The translations under genes were made by a program, and so were the position numbers. A stretch of DNA of 64,000 nucleotides from a virus: the IMG/VR virus record IMGVR_UViG_3300022562_001969, positions 22,115 through 86,114 of that record. One strand, written 5' to 3'. The stretch's first letter is position 1. Each line of letters opens with the position of its first letter. The notes under the pieces were generated by a model, which did not search any database, was not told the DNA's origin, and saw only the letters and a list, made by a program, of their open reading frames with translations. This document shows positions 63,473 to 64,000 of the stretch, piece after piece.

Positions 63473-63973
63473 TCAATCGTCCATCGTCGTCCTTACCCCA
63501 AGCCCCTCAAACACCGCCAACTCCTGCCAATCACAATAGGGGCAGAAGACAATATCTTCCATCTCCCCCTCAATCACATCCCGGCCGGCAATTAGACCGG
63601 CCCGACCGCAATCCGGACATACTCGCTCAAGGTCGGCCGGGGCCGGGGCGTCCTCTCCACCCTCCGGCCGGTAATCCTCAGCCTTGAGCCGGCCTTCGAC
63701 CACCTGGCCGCCCGTAATCGCCTGGCTCTGGGCCACGCCCAGGCGCTGGTTGATCGTCGTCCGCATTATATCCAGATCGTGGCTAACCAAGAGCCGCTCC
63801 AGATAGACATCCAGCCAGGCGGCCATCTGGTAATTGATCGTCCGCGCCTGCGTCCCCAGGGCGACCAGGTCGGCGCAACTCAAAGCGGCCTCATCCGGGA
63901 CGGGTCGGACCAGCGGGGCCACCAATTGAGGCTCCTGCACGCTGGGCAGCGGCAGCCCGATGCAATCCCCCAT
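63473..63973 (-). CDS. Hypothetical protein with C-terminal Zn ribbon (may extend beyond the window)
   Basis: CPDC...CPYC. Confidence 0.6.
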   Translation of the reverse strand: MGDCIGLPLPSVQEPQLVAPLVRPVPDEAALSCADLVALGTQARTINYQMAAWLDVYLERLLVSHDLDIMRTTINQRLGVAQSQAITGGQVVEGRLKAEDYRPEGGEDAPAPADLERVCPDCGRAGLIAGRDVIEGEMEDIVFCPYCDWQELAVFEGLGVRTTMDD

Positions 63974-64000
63974 TTTCGACAGGAGCGGGCTGGGGTTGAG

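Larger units (their letters stand above)
1..64000. mobile_element. Temperate tailed phage (siphovirus-like) genome segment or prophage; no host genes recognised
   Basis: Terminase, portal, capsid, tape measure, Dit and tail genes in canonical order, plus tyrosine recombinase, ParB, methylases and ASCH; phage-like genes reach both window ends. Confidence 0.93.

Noticed and set aside
1-64000. cas genes (cas1/2/3/5/6/7, class 2 effectors, TnpB)
   Set aside because: No ORF shows recognisable motifs; they could lie outside the window

Overview
The whole window looks like one temperate siphovirus-type phage or prophage. The host is probably a Chloroflexota-like bacterium; this is an inference only. 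17.2-57 kb (minus strand) is a head-tail operon: terminases, portal, protease/scaffold, capsid, tail tube, tape measure, Dit, hub and fibre. Interleaved with it is an NDP-sugar/glycosyltransferase/methyltransferase set and a tRNA-Met. 58-64 kb holds ParB, methylase and HTH genes. 0-17 kb is an accessory/control region with a sigma-70, two three-gene TA-like modules, an MtlR/HEPN gene, an MTase-Mrr fusion, an EAD-STAND-TPR protein and a tyrosine recombinase. The most striking feature is that no cas gene is recognisable, yet CRISPR repeats of three families are present: a 9-repeat 37-nt array, a 6-repeat type I-C array with leader, a 2-repeat type I-E mini-array and three solitary repeats. Three guides point back at the element's own leftward operon ending in the recombinase. 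(1) A 25-nt I-E spacer matches 16305-16329 (24/25, AAG PAM), next to a TTGACA promoter. (2) A 27-nt I-C spacer matches 15842-15868 (24/27, TTT PAM). (3) A solitary I-E repeat is followed by a 12-nt seed matching tandem AAG-flanked sites just upstream of the recombinase. The two array spacers are 6-7 nt shorter than normal, suggesting the phage borrows host Cascades for non-cleaving self-regulation. Six genes also carry a cis-antisense promoter plus hairpin over their start region, and four of them run directly into CRISPR repeats. All alignments were done by eye; no database searches were possible.
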